A stretch of DNA of 64,000 nt from Mobula birostris (lineage: Eukaryota), in contig NC_092397.1 of assembly GCF_030028105.1 (NCBI RefSeq), positions 24,500,630 through 24,564,629 of the forward strand. The letters run 5' to 3'. The position numbers and the translations under genes are program-made. The notes beneath the pieces are model-generated. The model had not been told where the DNA came from and searched no databases. It was given only the letters and a program-made list of their open reading frames with translations. The first letter of the stretch is position 1; every line of letters starts with the position of its first letter. Positions 48,953 to 62,719 of the stretch are shown here, piece after piece.

Positions 48953-51169
48953 ATTTAAACACCAATTAAAATCAGCACTCATTATCAACATATAATCATT
49001 TAAATTAGAAGGAAAAGTAAATAATTGCTTAAAAATTAAGGATAGTCCACGTTTGGAGTGTAGACATTAAGCATAATTACTTTTCTATCAAAAAGTAACC
49101 CAGTAATCACCAAAAATCTGCCATTTGGATCTATAAAAAAAATGTCTGATGTACAAAATGTCATTGAGGAACCTATAAAAATCGAAACTCTTTTCAATTT
49201 GGCCTGAGATATCCCTTCCGAACGCTGATTATCCTCTTTCCTCACGAGTTTCTTGAGCAAAAATAATATGAACATTCAGTCTATAGAATACTTTAAAACC
49301 CTTTTGCCATTTAATCGGATGGTTTAAACCGTTTGTATTCCAAGAGACAAAATTAATAGTCTGAACTATATTTTCCTAGAATCCACCCTTTGGTATGTAA
49401 AAAGTGAACCAAAATGTAAACTCATGAAATCGGAAGAGGAACAAAAATTCAGAAAGGAACCGGAAGTAACGACCTGCAGACATTTTTGTAGTTCTAATTT
49501 AGCCAAGTATTTTTGTGGTTCTAATTCAGCCCATTTGAAAAAAAATAAAAGTAGAAATCCCCCCATCCTCCATCCATAAAGACCCAAAACTAAGCCAAGA
49601 AAAGGTCAGAAAATAAGCTAAGACTAAATCTACCCCCATTTCACCAGAAGGCAGCTCAAAAGGTATATGTTGAAAAGAAAACCACGCAAAATCCAAAAAA
49701 AATACACTATGGCAACAACACAAAAAAATTAACACATATAATAAAATATCTTAATATTTTAATTTCTGAAAAAAGTAAGCGCCAGTACATATTATTATTT
49801 ACAAATATAAGCAATTAAAAATGGTATTTGAAAAAGAAAGGTATTATGGGAAGAGGAAGGCAAAACGCCATCTTGGTTATACGAAGGGAAAACACAGGGT
49901 AAGTTCCCCCAGTGAGATAAAAAAATAACATAAAACCATTAAACGTTAGTTTGAAAAATTATAAATTTAAAAATTAACAAAATGGGCAAAAAAAAACAAA
50001 TTCATCAACAAGAAAAAAAAATTAACTCATATGAAAAACACTTCCACTACCAACCAAAAACAAAAATCTTGAACTTATAAAGGTCCATCTTCGTAAGTTA
50101 ATTATAGGCTTTAAAAAAAAAACACGTAACAGCAAAACCAATAGTACCAGAGCCATGCATTAATTAGTCCGTAGCAGTTCGATACCACTCATCCAAGAAA
50201 GTTTGAACAGCACTTGTGGAATGAAAGATACGGCGTGGTCCGTTCGGAGGAGTCGGAGGAGTAATTCTTAAACGCGCAGAATACAACAAAGCTGGTCTGA
50301 GACCTTTTTGGTAACATCCGACATCGGAGATTTGAAAGCCAGCCGCTCCTTCATCACTATTAGACTGAAATCTTCAAAGAGACGGAATTCATAATCTTGA
50401 AATTTAATCATACCTTGCCGACGGGCAATTCGGACGAGATGCTCTTTAACGTGAACATAATGGATTTCGACGAAGTGTACGGTGAACACGATCAAGCAAT
50501 GAAGGGTCGTCCGGGAATTCAGAGCTAAAACGCATCCTTTAAAAGTTAGGAAAACAATTTTAAAGGGTCCCCTTCCTCGACATCCTCGGGGAAACTAATT
50601 ATAAGTTAGTTCTGTTTTGTGGATCGATTTTCAAGATCAATAATCTTGGATTTAAAAAGCTTCAGTTCTTTAGACGTCGAAGACAATTTTTGTTCCAAAC
50701 TCTCAATTTTCAGATCTTTCTTCCGAGCTGCGTCGTTCAATTCTGCAATTTTGCTTTGTTGCTGCTTAATTTGGTAACGAAGCGATTCCAAAGAATCCTT
50801 AAGTGACTTCAAGTCTTCAAAACTTCTACGTTCTTCCTCAAATTTTTCACTTAAAAAATTCAACAATGTTGAATAAGTTAATCCAGTTTGCTTAGGTTCA
50901 CCTTCTTCCGTCCTGTTACCGTCGGAATCTTTCCCATTTTCAGGATCTGGCACTTTAGACCTTGTACTTATTTCTTTGCTCATTTCTTCAAATTTCACAA
51001 TCAAAGCTCAAGGATAATTCAATAGTATAAATCTTTCAGTGTAGGTAAAAATAAATTAAATAAGGGTGATCATAGGTTAAAACAAAGTAACGGTGATGGA
51101 CCGGAGCCAAAATTAACCTCACTCCATGAGCGCCTCCTGGGGATCCAGACAGCAAAATCACTGCACAGT

Positions 51170-51815
51170 GACGGCCCGCTGCCGCTCCTCTGATTGACAG
51201 CTACATCGCTCCTCCTCCCGGGCTGCGGCCGCGATGTCACGTGACAGGACAGCATCTTGCGGAAAGACGTCTCAGAGCCAGAGTGCAGTCTTTGAAAAGT
51301 CCCCAGGGTCGGGGAGGGCCCTGGACCCGGGGTCGAGTTGAGGTTTCCCCCGCCAAGCGGCCCTTTTTCATGAAGAGTACGTTGACCCATTTGCAGCTTT
51401 ACCAGCGGCTCCTCTGATTGACAGCTTACTCTGCCCCGCCTCCTGGGCCGCTGCCTTCCTGTCCTGTTGCCGAGTCGCTGCCTGTGACGTCACAGAGAAG
51501 CACATGGACCGTGAGACTCGTTTCCATGGCAACGGGCCACGGAGGGGGGAGGGGGAGCGCCCTGGGCCCGGGGGTGGAGGTGAGGCTTCCTCCCCCCGGC
51601 GGCGCGGTAGCGACTGAACTGAAGGGTCGGTCTGAACCTGCTGCCCTTTGGAAGAATGAGAGGTGATGGAATGGGCCACAGAGGTGCTGAGACGAGCTGC
51701 TTCTTGTTCTCTGCCATTGCCATGTGGATGTGGGAGCGGACTGGTGGACCTGACTGCGTGTCCACTGTGAACATCGGCTTCTTCTCTTCCTGCCTGCCGA
51801 CCGGTAACAGTGAGT
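51170..51815 (+). promoter_or_regulatory. CpG island promoter with a duplicated motif module and a probable first exon
   Basis: TGATTGACAG at 51191-51200 and 51415-51424, GTCACGTGAC 51236-51245, TGACGTCA 51485-51492, consensus X-box GTTTCCATGGCAAC 51520-51533, CA|GTGAGT at 51810. Confidence 0.7.
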
Positions 51816-51999
51816 GTCCGTCTGAGTTTCAACACACAACACACGTGGGACAGTCCAGCACAGGGACAGGCCCTTCAGCCCACAGTGTCTGCACTGACCA
51901 CAACTGATCCCATCTGGCTGAACCTGTCCATATCCCTCCAGTCCCTGCCTGTTCGTGCCTGACCAAACACCTCTTAAACTTTACTAATTACCACCTGCC

Positions 52000-52934
52000 A
52001 CCACAGCAGCTTCCAAAGCCACCACATAATTCTCTGAAACTTCTGCCATCTCCAACAGGATCCCACCACCAAACATATCTCTCTGCTTTCCGCAGGGATT
52101 GCTCCCTACACATCTACCTTGTCCATTGTCCTTCCCGCCAATCCACCTCCAGGCGCTTATTCTTGCAGGCAGAACAAGTGCTACACCAGTCCCTACCCCT
52201 CACTACCTTTCAGGGCCCTCAACAGTCCCTCCAGGTGAGACAGCGCCACCTGTATGTCTGTTGGGGTGATATACTGTGTTCAGTGCTCCTGCTGTGGCCT
52301 CCTGCATATCGATGAGACCCCATGTAGATTGGGAGACCACTTCACCATGGATCAGCACTCCATCCAATAGAGCAGCGGCCACCCATTTTAATTCCACTTC
52401 CCTTTCCCATTCTGATATGTCCAGTGATGGCCTCCTCCAGAGTCGTGATGAGGCCACGCTTCAGTTGGAGAAACAACTCCTTATATTCTGTTTGGGTAGC
52501 CTCCAACCTGATGGCATGAACATTTATTTCTCAAATTTATGGTAATGCCACCAACACCCTTCCCCATCACCATTTGCCAACCCCTTTTTCCCCCTCTCAC
52601 CTTATCTCCTTCCCTGCCTATTGTTTCCCACTGGTGCTCCTCCCCCTTTTTCTTCCTTCCATGGCCGTCAGTCAATTTCACCAATCAACTTCCCAGCTCT
52701 TGACTTCACCCGTCCCCCTCCAGGATTCACCTATCACCTGGTGTTTCTCTCTGTCTTCCCCCACCTTATTAATCTACTCCTCAGCTTTTTTTCTCTCCAG
52801 GCCTGTCCAAGGGTTTCAGTCTGAAATGTCAACTGTACTTTTTTTTTCCACAGATGCTGCATGGCCTGTTGAGTTCTTCCAGCATTCTGTGTCTGTTCCT
52901 CGGATTTCCAGCATCTGCAGATTTTCTCTTGTTT
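52000..52934 (+). mobile_element. Older Penelope-like element 3' part
   Basis: VIYCVQCSCCGLLHI relic of the GIY-YIG domain; pLTR with a degenerate hammerhead near 52800-52835; homologous to 6175-7025. Confidence 0.8.
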
Positions 52935-52939
52935 ATGAT

Positions 52940-55546
52940 TTAAGCATTACTGGTGTGTCAGCTTCACTTTCCCCAGCAGCATTTTTCAAACACCCACCAG
53001 TCTCCATGGAAAATAAGAACTCACCTCCCAAATCTATTTTAAACATTCCCTCTCTCTTTTTTAAATTAAAGCTCTGCTCTTGAGTATCTGACATTTGCTG
53101 CCTGTGTAAAAGTCTGTCTACCTTATTTATTTTAATAAGTCTCTGCTCAGCCTTTGAAACTCAGCAGTAAAAGATGTACGTTTGTTCAATCTAATGTTAT
53201 AACTGAAACTGTCTTTCCTGTGATGTGACAACCAGATCTGATCACAAGACGCCTGAAGTGATCTGACCAAAGTTGTATGCAGCTGCAACATGGCTGCCGA
53301 CTTTTATCCTCAACAGCTGAGCCCCTTCACCAGGATGTCCAGTTTTGTCATTTTCAGGAGGAATCTTTTTCTGCGACCCAACATCCCCCTGTATCTCAGT
53401 GCTTCAAAGGCTCCTGTCATTCCTGCATCCTTTGGCTTTGCAATGAGAATCAGAGTTAATACAATGTGGAAAACAGGTGCTTTGGCTGTCCTCCTCCCTG
53501 CTGAGCTAATCCAGTCTGGCTCTGCTGAGCCCATAGACCTCGAAACCTTTGCTAACCATGTACTTACTCAGGTGGTTTTAGAATGTTTCTAATGTGTCTG
53601 CCTCGACCACTGGCAGCTCATTCCAAATACACACCACCCTCTGCCCGCTATGTCCCTTTTAAATCTCTTGCCTCTGATCTGAAACACCAGTCCTCGTGTT
53701 TTTACCAACCCTTTCCTGGTCCCATTGATCTTACATCCCTCTGTCAGGTTCACCCCTTAATATGTATGCTCCAGGGTATAAAATACTCGTCTATACCACC
53801 TCTCCCGATAACTCAGACCCCCAAGTCCAAACAACAACCTGGCAATTTTTCTTTCTCTGTGCTCTTTCTAGTTTAAAAACATATTTTTGCTACAAATGGC
53901 TGATCAAAACTTTACACAGAATCCCAAGTCAGTCCTCATGAAAAACTTGTTTCTCTACAACACATCTTCTCAACTCTTATACTCTGTGCCACGAGTGATG
54001 AAGGCCAGCAGGTCAGACACCTTCACCACCGTATCTAGCTGAGATGTCACTTTCAGTGAACTACTTAACACTTTATTGTCGCCAAACAATTGGTACTAGA
54101 ACGTACAATCATCAAAGCGATATTTGGTTCTGTGCTTCACACTCCCTGGATTACAAATATTAAATATTAAAGATATTAAAACTAGTTAAAATTAGTAAAT
54201 ATTAAAAATTTAAATTATAAATAATAAATAGAAAATAGAAAAATGGGAAGTAAGGTAGTGCAAAAAAGCCGAGAGGTAGGTCCGGATATTTGGAGGGTAC
54301 GGCCCAGATCCGGGTCAGGATCCGTTCAGTGGTCCTATCACAGTTGGAAGGAAGCTGTTCCCAAATCTGGCCTTAAGAGTCTTCAAGATCCTGAACCTTC
54401 TGCTGGAGGGAAGAGGGACGAAAAGTCTGTTGGCTGGGTGGGTCACGTCCTTGATTATCCTGGCTATACATGTATGTGAACTATACATTCACATCGACAT
54501 TGTTTATATAAATTATGAACAACAAATGTCCCGGCACCCAGTGGCACACCACGAGACAGAGACCTCCAGCCGGAGGCACAACCCTCAACCATCAGCCTCT
54601 GCTTCCTATCACTGAGGCAATTATGAAACTAATAGACTATCTCTCATGGATTTCATCTTCCAGATCTAACCCTCCAGACCTGTGTCAAAGGCCTGGCTGA
54701 TGTCCATACAGACAACATCCACAGCCCTAACCTCATCAACGCTCTTGTGAAGTTCCTCGAAGAGCTGCAAGAGATTGTCAGACATGATTTCCCTTGCACA
54801 AAGCTGTGCTGACTGTCCTGAATCAGACCAAATGTTGGTAGATCCAGTCCCTCAGAAACTTGCAATTTACCCAACAACTGGCCTGTAGTGTTCCGGCTAG
54901 TTTTCACAACCTTTTTGAAACAATGGCACCGCATTAAACTGTGAGTCCTTAAGTCGTAGGAGCAGGATTAGGCCATTTGGCCCATCCTGTCTGTTCTGCC
55001 GTTCCATCATGCCGGATTTATTACTCCCCATTCTCCTGCCTTGTCCCCGTAAACTCTGATGCCCTTAATAATTAAGAACCTTCTAACCTCTGCTTTAAAT
55101 ATACCTAATGACTGTTTTTTGGCCGTCTGTGGCAATGAATTCCATTGATTCATCACCTTCTGACAAAATGATTCCTCCTCATATCTGTTCTAGAGAGAAA
55201 TCTCTATTCTGAAGGTGTGATTCTTCCATTATTGGAAACATCCTCTCACATCAACTCTATCTAGGGCTTTCAATATTCAATAGTTTTCAATACTATCCTC
55301 TGTCATTCCTCTGGACTCCAGCCAGTCCAGGCCAAGAGCATCAAATGATCATTACGTCGTTGTCCCTTCAGTCCCGGGATCATTCCCGTGAGTCTCCCCT
55401 GCAGCCTCTGCAATGCCAGCAGCTTAGAAAAGTGACCCAGATCTGCTCATAATCCTCCAAATATGGTCTGACCAAACCCTTGTAAAGCCTCAGCGTTAGA
55501 TGTTTGTTTTTATATTCTAGTTCTCTGGAAATGAATGAGAACATTA
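52940..55546 (-). mobile_element. Stack of old CR1 fragments plus a Rex-like 3' end (about 54060-54465)
   Basis: LRLYKGLVRPYLEDYEQIW and SQHSFVQGKSCLT motifs. Confidence 0.7.
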
Positions 55547-58128
55547 CATAGAAACATAGAAAATAGGTGCAGGAGTAGGCCATTCGGCCCTTTGAGCCTG
55601 CACCGCCATTTAGTATGATCATGGCTGATCATCCAACTCAGAACCCTGTACCACCATTCCCTCCATACTCCCGATCCCTATAGCCACAAGGGCCATATCT
55701 AACCCCCTCTTAAATATAGCCAATGAACTGGCCTCAATTGTTTCCTGTGGCAGAGAATTCCACAGATTCACCACTCTCTGTGTGAAGAAGTTTTTCCTAA
55801 TCTCGGTCCTAAAAGGCTTCCCCTTTATCCTCAAACTGTGACCCCTCGTTCTGGACTTCCCCGACATCGGGAACAATCTTCCTGCATCTAGCCTGTCCAA
55901 TCCCTTTAGGATTTTATACCTTTCAATAAGATCCCTCCTCAATCTTCTAAATTCCAACGAGTATAAGCCTAGCCGATCCAGTCTTTCTTCATATGAAAGT
56001 CCTGCCATCCCAGGAATCAATCTGTTGAACCTTCTTTGTACTCCCTCTATGGCAAGAATGTCTTTCCTCAGATTAGGGGACCAAAACTGCACACAATACT
56101 CCAGGTGTGGTCTCACCAAGGCCTTGTACAACTGCAGTAGTACCTCCCTGCTCCTGTACTCGAATCCTCTCGCTATAAATGCCAGCATACCATTCGCCTT
56201 TTTCACCACCTGCTGTACCTGCATGCCCACTTTCAATGACTGGTGTATAATGACACCCAGGTCTCGTTGCACCTCCCCTTTTCCTAATCGGCCACCATTC
56301 AGATAATAATCTGTTTTCCTCTTTTTGCCACCAAAGTGGATAACTTCACATTTATCCACATTAAATTACATCTGCCATGAATTTGCCCACTCACCCAACC
56401 TATCCAAGTCACTCTGCATCCTCTTAGCATCCTCCTCACAGCTAACACTGCCGCTCAGCTTCGTGTCATCCGCAAACTTGGAGATGCTGCATTTAATTCC
56501 CTCATCCAAGTCATTAATATATATTGTAAACAACTGGGGTCCCAGCACTGAGCCTTGCGGTACCCCACTAGTCACTGCCTGCCATTCTGAAAAGATCCCG
56601 TTTATTCCCACTCTTTACTTCCTGTCTGCCAACCAACTCTCTATCCACATCAATACCTTACCCCCAATACCGTGTGCTTTAAGTTTGCACACTAATCTCC
56701 TGTGTGGGACCTTGTCAAAAGCCGTTTGAAAATCCAAATATACCACATACACTGGTTCTCCCCTATCCACTCTACTAGTTACATCCTCAAAAACTTCTAT
56801 GAGATTCGTCAGACATGATTTTCCTTTCACAAATCCATGCTGACTTTGTCCGATGATATCACCGCTTTCCAAATGTGCTGTTATCACATCTTTGATAACT
56901 GACTCTAGCAGTTTCCCCACCACCGATGTTAGGCTAACAGGTCTATAATTCCCTGGTTTCTCTCTCCCTCCTTTTTTAAAAAGTGGGGTTACAGTAACCA
57001 CCCTCCAATTCTCAGGAACTAGTCCAGAATCTAAAGAGTTTTGAAAAATTATCACTAATGCATTCACTATTTCTTGGGCTACTTCCTTAAGCACTCTGGG
57101 ACGCAGACCATCTGGCCCTGGGGATTTATCCGCCTTCAATCCCTTCAATTTACCTAACACCACTTCCCTACTAACATGTATTTCTCTCAGTTCCTCCATC
57201 TCACTGGACCCTCTGTCCCCGACTATTTCCGGAAGATTATTTATGTCCTCCTTAGTGAGGACAGAACCAAAGTAATTATTCAATTGGTCTGCCATGTCCT
57301 TGCTCCCCATAATCAATTCACCTGTTTCTGTCTGTGGGGGACCTACATTTGTCTTAACCAATCTTTTTCTTTTCACATATCTATAAAAGCTTTTACAGTC
57401 AGTTTTTATGTTCCCTGCCAGTTTTCTCTCATAATCTTTTTTCCCTTCCTAATTAAGCCCTTTATCCTCCTCTGCTGAACTCTGAATTTCTCCCAGTCCT
57501 CAGGTGAGCCACTTTTTCTGGCTAATTTGTATGCTTCTTCTTTGGAATTGATACTATCCCTAATTTCCCTTGTCAGCCACGGGTGCACTACCTTCCTTGA
57601 TTTATTCTTTTGCCAAACTGGGATAAACAATTGTTGTAGTTCATCCATGTGATCTTTAAATGCTTGCCATTGCATATCCATTGTCAACCCTTTAAGTGTC
57701 ATTTGCCAGTCTATCTTAGCTAGTTCACGTCTCATACCTTCAAAGTTACCCTTCTTTAAATTCAGAACCTTTGTTTCTGAATTAACTATGTCACTCTCCA
57801 TCTTAATGAAGAATTCCACCATATTATGGTCACTCTTACCCAAGGGGCCTCTCACGACAAGATTGCTAATTAACCCTTCCTCATTGCTCAATACCCAGTC
57901 CAGAATAGCCTGCTCTCTAGTTGGTTCCTCAACATGTTGGTTCAAAAGACCATCCCGCATACATTCCAAGAAATCCTCTTCCTCAGCACCTTTACCAATT
58001 TGGTTCACCCAATCTACATGTAGATTGAAGTCACCCATTATAACTGCTGTTCCTTTATTGCACACATTTCTAATTTCCTGTTTAATTCCATCCCCAACCT
58101 CACTACTACTGTTAGGTGGCCTGTACAT
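55547..58128 (-). mobile_element. Young 5'-truncated CR1 LINE (mid-endonuclease to 3' tail)
   Basis: Nearly continuous ORF2 (57406-58128, 56615-57376, 56366-56611, 55619-56359) with YRPP, GDFN, SDHN, QHGF and KFADDTKL; few disablements. Confidence 0.96.
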
Positions 58129-58171
58129 TTGTCTTCCTTGTTACCAGCTCAACATGAACATTGACCTTCCT

Positions 58172-59948
58172 GGTGAATTTATTATGGGGAACAAGGAAAT
58201 AGCAGACGAGTTGAACAGGTACTTTGGATCTGTCTTCACTAGGGAAGACACAAACAATCTCCCAGATGTAATAGTGGCCAAAGGACCTAGGGTATTGGAT
58301 GAATTGAAGGAAATTTATATTAGGCAGGAAATGGTGTTGGATAGGCTGTAGGGTCTGAAGGCTGCTAAGTCCCGGGACCTGATGGTCTGCATCCCAGGGT
58401 ACTTAAGGAGGTGGCTTTAGAAATCGTGGTCACATTGGTAATCATTTTCCAATATTCTATAGATTCAGGATCAGTTCCTGTGGATTGGAGGGTGGCTAAT
58501 GTTGTCCCTATCTTCAAGAAGGGAGGAAGAGAGAAAACAGGGAATTATAGACCAGTTAGCCTGACGTCGGTGGTGGGAAAGATGCTGGAGTCAATTATAA
58601 AAGATGAAATTACGACACATCTGGATAGCAGTAACAGGCTTGGTCTGAGTCAGCATGGATTTACGAAGGGGAAATCATGCTTGACTAATCTTCTGGAATT
58701 TTTTGAGAATGTGACTATGAAAATGGACAAGGGCGAGCCAGTGGATGTAGTGTACCTGGACTTTCAGAAAGCCTTTGATAAAGTCCCACACAGGAGATTA
58801 GTGGGCAAAATTAGGCCACATGGTATTGGGGGCAGAGCACTGACATGGATTGAAAATTGGCTGGCTGACAGAAAGCAAAGAGTAGCGATTAACGGGTCCC
58901 TTTCGGAATGGCAGGTAGTGACCAATGGGGTACCGCAGGATTCAGTGCTGGGACCGCAGCTGTTTACAATATATATTAATGATTTAGATGAGGGAATTAA
59001 AAGTAACATTAGCAAATTTGCCGATGACACAAATCTGGGTGGCAGTGTGAAATGTGAGGAGGATATTATGAGAATGCAGGGTGTCTTGGACAGGCTGGAT
59101 GAGTGGGCAGGTGCATGGGAGATGCAGTTTAATGTGGATAAATGTGAGGTTATCCACTTTGGTGGTAAGAATGGGAAGGCAGATTATTATCTAAATGGAG
59201 CCAAGTTAACAAAAGGGGAAGCACAACAGGATCTAGGTGTTCTTGTACATCAGTCACTGAAAGCAAGCATGCAAGTACGGCAGGCAGTGAAGAAACCTAA
59301 TGGCATTCTGGCCTTCATAACAAGGGGAATTGAGTATAAGAGCAAAGAGGTCCTTCTGCAGCTGTACAGGGCCCTGGTGAGACCACACCTGGAGTACTGT
59401 GTGCAGTTTTGGTCTCCAGATTTTAGGAAGGACATTGTTGCTATAGAGGGAGTGCGGCGCAGATTCACAAGGTTAATTCCCGGGATGGCGAGACTGTCAT
59501 ATGTCAAAAGATTGGAGCGACTGGGCTTATATACTCTGGAATTTAGAAGGCTGTGAGGGGATCTTATTGAAACATATAAGATTATTAAGGGATTGGACAC
59601 GCTGGAGACAGGAAGCATGTTCCCACTGATGGGTGAGTCCAGAACCAGAGGCCACAGTTTAAGAATTAGGGGTAGGCCATTTAGAACAGAGTTGAGAAAA
59701 AACTTTTTCACCCAGAGAGTGGTGGATATATGGAATGCTCTGCCCCAGAAGGCTGTGGAGGCCAAGTCTCTGGATGCGTTCAAGAAAGAGATGGATAGAG
59801 CTCTTAAAGATAGCGGAATCAAAGGTTATGGGGATAAGGCAGGAACTGGATACTGATTGTGGATGATCAGCCATGATCACAGTGAATGGCGGTGCTGGCT
59901 CGAAGGGCCGAATGGCCTACTCCTGCACCTATTCTCTATTGTCTATTG
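58172..59948 (+). mobile_element. Young 5'-truncated CR1 LINE (RT to 3' tail), different subfamily
   Basis: 381-aa RT ORF at 58411-59556; (ttgtcta)n-type tail. Confidence 0.96.
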
Positions 59949-61260
59949 ACCCCAAAGTCCCTTTGCACGTCTGATTTCTCAATTTACTCCTTGATTACAA
60001 AGAGCTTACACCTTTATTTATCCTACGAGAGTACATGACCACACACTTCCTTATACTGTATTTCATCTGGCACCTCTTTGTCCATTCTCTAAATCTGTGC
60101 AAGTGCTACTGCACACTCCCTGCTTCCTCAATATTGCCTGCCTTTACATCTCTCTTTGTGTCATCCACAGAGTTGGCCTTAAAACTATCAATTCTGGATT
60201 AGTCACTGTCCAGCTGTGGCCTGAGATGAAGCAACAATCTCTCCCCTGGCCTCCACAGTGTATTCTCTAACTTCCCACAAAGTACGAGAATGTACCTGAT
60301 AAGGCCCGGGAGATTTAACAACTTTAATGCACCTTAAAGTCTCCGATATAGATCCCTGCCCATTTGAATGTGGTCTAAGACATCGCAGCTCATTTCTGTC
60401 ACTTCCTTAGCTTCCGCATTTTCTCAATGGTGAGATAACTGTTGGTAATATTCATGGAAAGCCTCTCGTATTTCCTTCGGTTTCACACACCGATGCCATG
60501 TTCATCTCCAAGGGGAATGATTCTCTAACCTCCCTTTTCCTCTGAATATACCAAGAGAATCTCTTGGGATTTTGCTCACTTTGCCTTCCAAATTCTGATA
60601 TCCTCATGTTACCCTCCTAACAGTTATGAGAGATCCTATGTCTGAGTCTTCTCGAATACTTTCCCGAGCATTGATCCAAATCTCACTAGTCTATATTTTC
60701 CTGGTTTGTCTCTATCATCTGAGGAACAACGTGCCCTGGAATATCAGCATCACTTCCTTCTCTGATCTCACTATCCTCGATGACCACGTTGATGAATACT
60801 GATGTGAAGAACTGGTTTAGTCCCTCGCCCACTTCCTCTGGATCCAGACATCAACCCTCTCCTTTGTCCTTGTGTTGCGGTATCCTCTCTGGAGTGCCCC
60901 TTCTCACCAAAGTCATTCTTTGTCCCGGTTTGGCACTTCTGATTCTCTCTTTAACTTCTCTCTTGCTTGCTTCATATTGCCAGAGGCCTTCTCCAATTTT
61001 TACATCTAAAACATTCATTATGCTTCCTTTTTTCTTTCAGTCTGAATTTATAACATCTCTCAGCATACATATCTGCCTGACATTACCATCCTCGTCTTTC
61101 CTCCTCGTAGAAATAGTTTTGTCTGAATTCTGACCCAATTGCGTTTAAACATCACTCACATGTTAAATGTGGACTGATCAATCATAGCTGCACCCAGTCC
61201 CCTCTCCCCAGTTCCTGCCCAACGCAGTTTCCAATAGCTATACCCCAATTGACCACATTA
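59949..61260 (-). mobile_element. Old CR1 fragments
   Basis: Continuation of the old CR1 interrupted at 55546/58128, plus further diverged pieces. Confidence 0.55.
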
Positions 61261-61265
61261 GACCA

Positions 61266-61938
61266 TTGCTGTCTACAAGAAGGGTCAGAGCCGTCTCTAT
61301 TTCCTGAGGAGACTGAGGTCCCTTAACATCTGTCGGACGATGCTGAGGATGTTCTACGAGTCTGTGGTGGCCAGTGCTACCATGTTTGCTGTTGTGTGCT
61401 GGGGCAGCAGGCTGAGGGTAGCAGACACCAACAGAATCAGCAAGCTCATTCATAAGGCCAGTGATGTTGTGGGGATGGAACTGGACTCTGTCACGGTGGT
61501 GTCTGAAAAGAGGATGCTGTCCAAGTTGCATGCCATCTTGGACAATGTCTCCCATCCACTACATAATGTACTGGGTGGGCACAGGAGTACATTCAGCCGG
61601 AGGCTCATTCCACCAAGATGCAGCACAGAGCGTCATAGGAAGTCATTCCTGCCTGTGGCCATCAAACTTTACAACTCCTCCCTTGGAGGGTCAGACATCC
61701 TGAGCCAATAGGCTGGTCCTGGACTTATTTCCTGGCATAATTCACATATTGCTATTTAACTATTTATTACTATTTTCTATTACTATTCTATTACTATTTA
61801 TTATTTCTATGACTATTACTATTTACTAATAGTAATATTACTATTACTATTTCTATTACTATTTATTATTTATGGTGCAACTGTAACGAAAACCAATTTC
61901 CCCCGGGATCAATAAAGTATGACTATGACTATGACTAT
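61266..61938 (+). mobile_element. Young Rex1/Babar-like LINE 3' end with (GACTAT)n tail
   Basis: KKGQSRLYFLRRLRS and ORF 61340-61711; tail 61917-61938. Confidence 0.9.
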
Positions 61939-62719
61939 TACCACCGGGTCCAGTCTTGCCCTATTTGCTGTTCCCAAATGGCAACTTCTATCAACGGTCA
62001 GGCTCATTTCCCAACACAATGTCTTCTATGACCCGCTTCCCTGGTTAGATTATTCTCTCCTGAGTTAAGAAACATCCCAGGATACTTCCAACAAGCTCTG
62101 CAATAATCTGAGCCCCTGGCTCTAAGGGAGTCCCAGACAACACAGGGGAAATTAAATTCACCCACTACAACTACTCTTTTGCTTTTACCTCTTTGATTAC
62201 TTGCTACATTTCTGTTCCTTTATCTCCTGCTGGCATTTGGGAGACCTGTGATATAACCCCATCAGTGAACGCACCTCTCTTATCCTGAGCTCTATCCACA
62301 TTGTCCCACTGGATAATCCCTGCAGTCATCCGTTATCCCCATCCGTCTTGGTAGGGAGTTGTAGTGCTTCCGATACAGTGTTATGTTTTTGATCAGTCTG
62401 TGCCATTGTAGAACAGTATAGGTGTGTATTGTAGTTTCTTGCAGCTCATAATTTTGCACACCATAGTCTTGAACTGTCATCAGATTGTGTAAAAGGAGAG
62501 AGAGTTTAAACAAAGTGATCAGGGGCAGTTGGCACATTTTGCATGTCACAGTTCCCAAGGAGATATTTGATTGCCCATAATTGGGAACTTGACAAGATCC
62601 AATAAAAATAAGTTGGGTTTAAACAGAGCGGTCATTGCATGAGTGGGCCAAAATTGGAGTAGGGAGGGGTAAGACAGACGTAGATATTTTTTCTTTATTC
62701 TTTATTATTTTCTTGTTAC

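Larger units (their letters stand above)
44485..51138 (-). mobile_element. L1/Tx1-type LINE with ORF1, endonuclease and ORF2 C-terminus; RT domain deleted; two nested insertions
   Basis: ORF1 coiled coil ending DLENRS (50606-51004). EN motifs NVYTPN, ADFN, YSRID.FF and SDHAP. C-terminal HMFWSCP...KTW.PF (44917-45351). AATAAA on the - strand near 44492. Confidence 0.88.

Noticed and set aside
58411-59556. Domesticated RT gene
   Set aside because: 5'-truncated, with flanking stop and frameshift and a standard CR1 tail; a young TE copy.
55547-59948. Single twin-primed (5'-inverted) CR1 insertion
   Set aside because: Both parts have their own 3' tails, overlap in ORF2 coverage, are diverged from each other and are separated by old target sequence.
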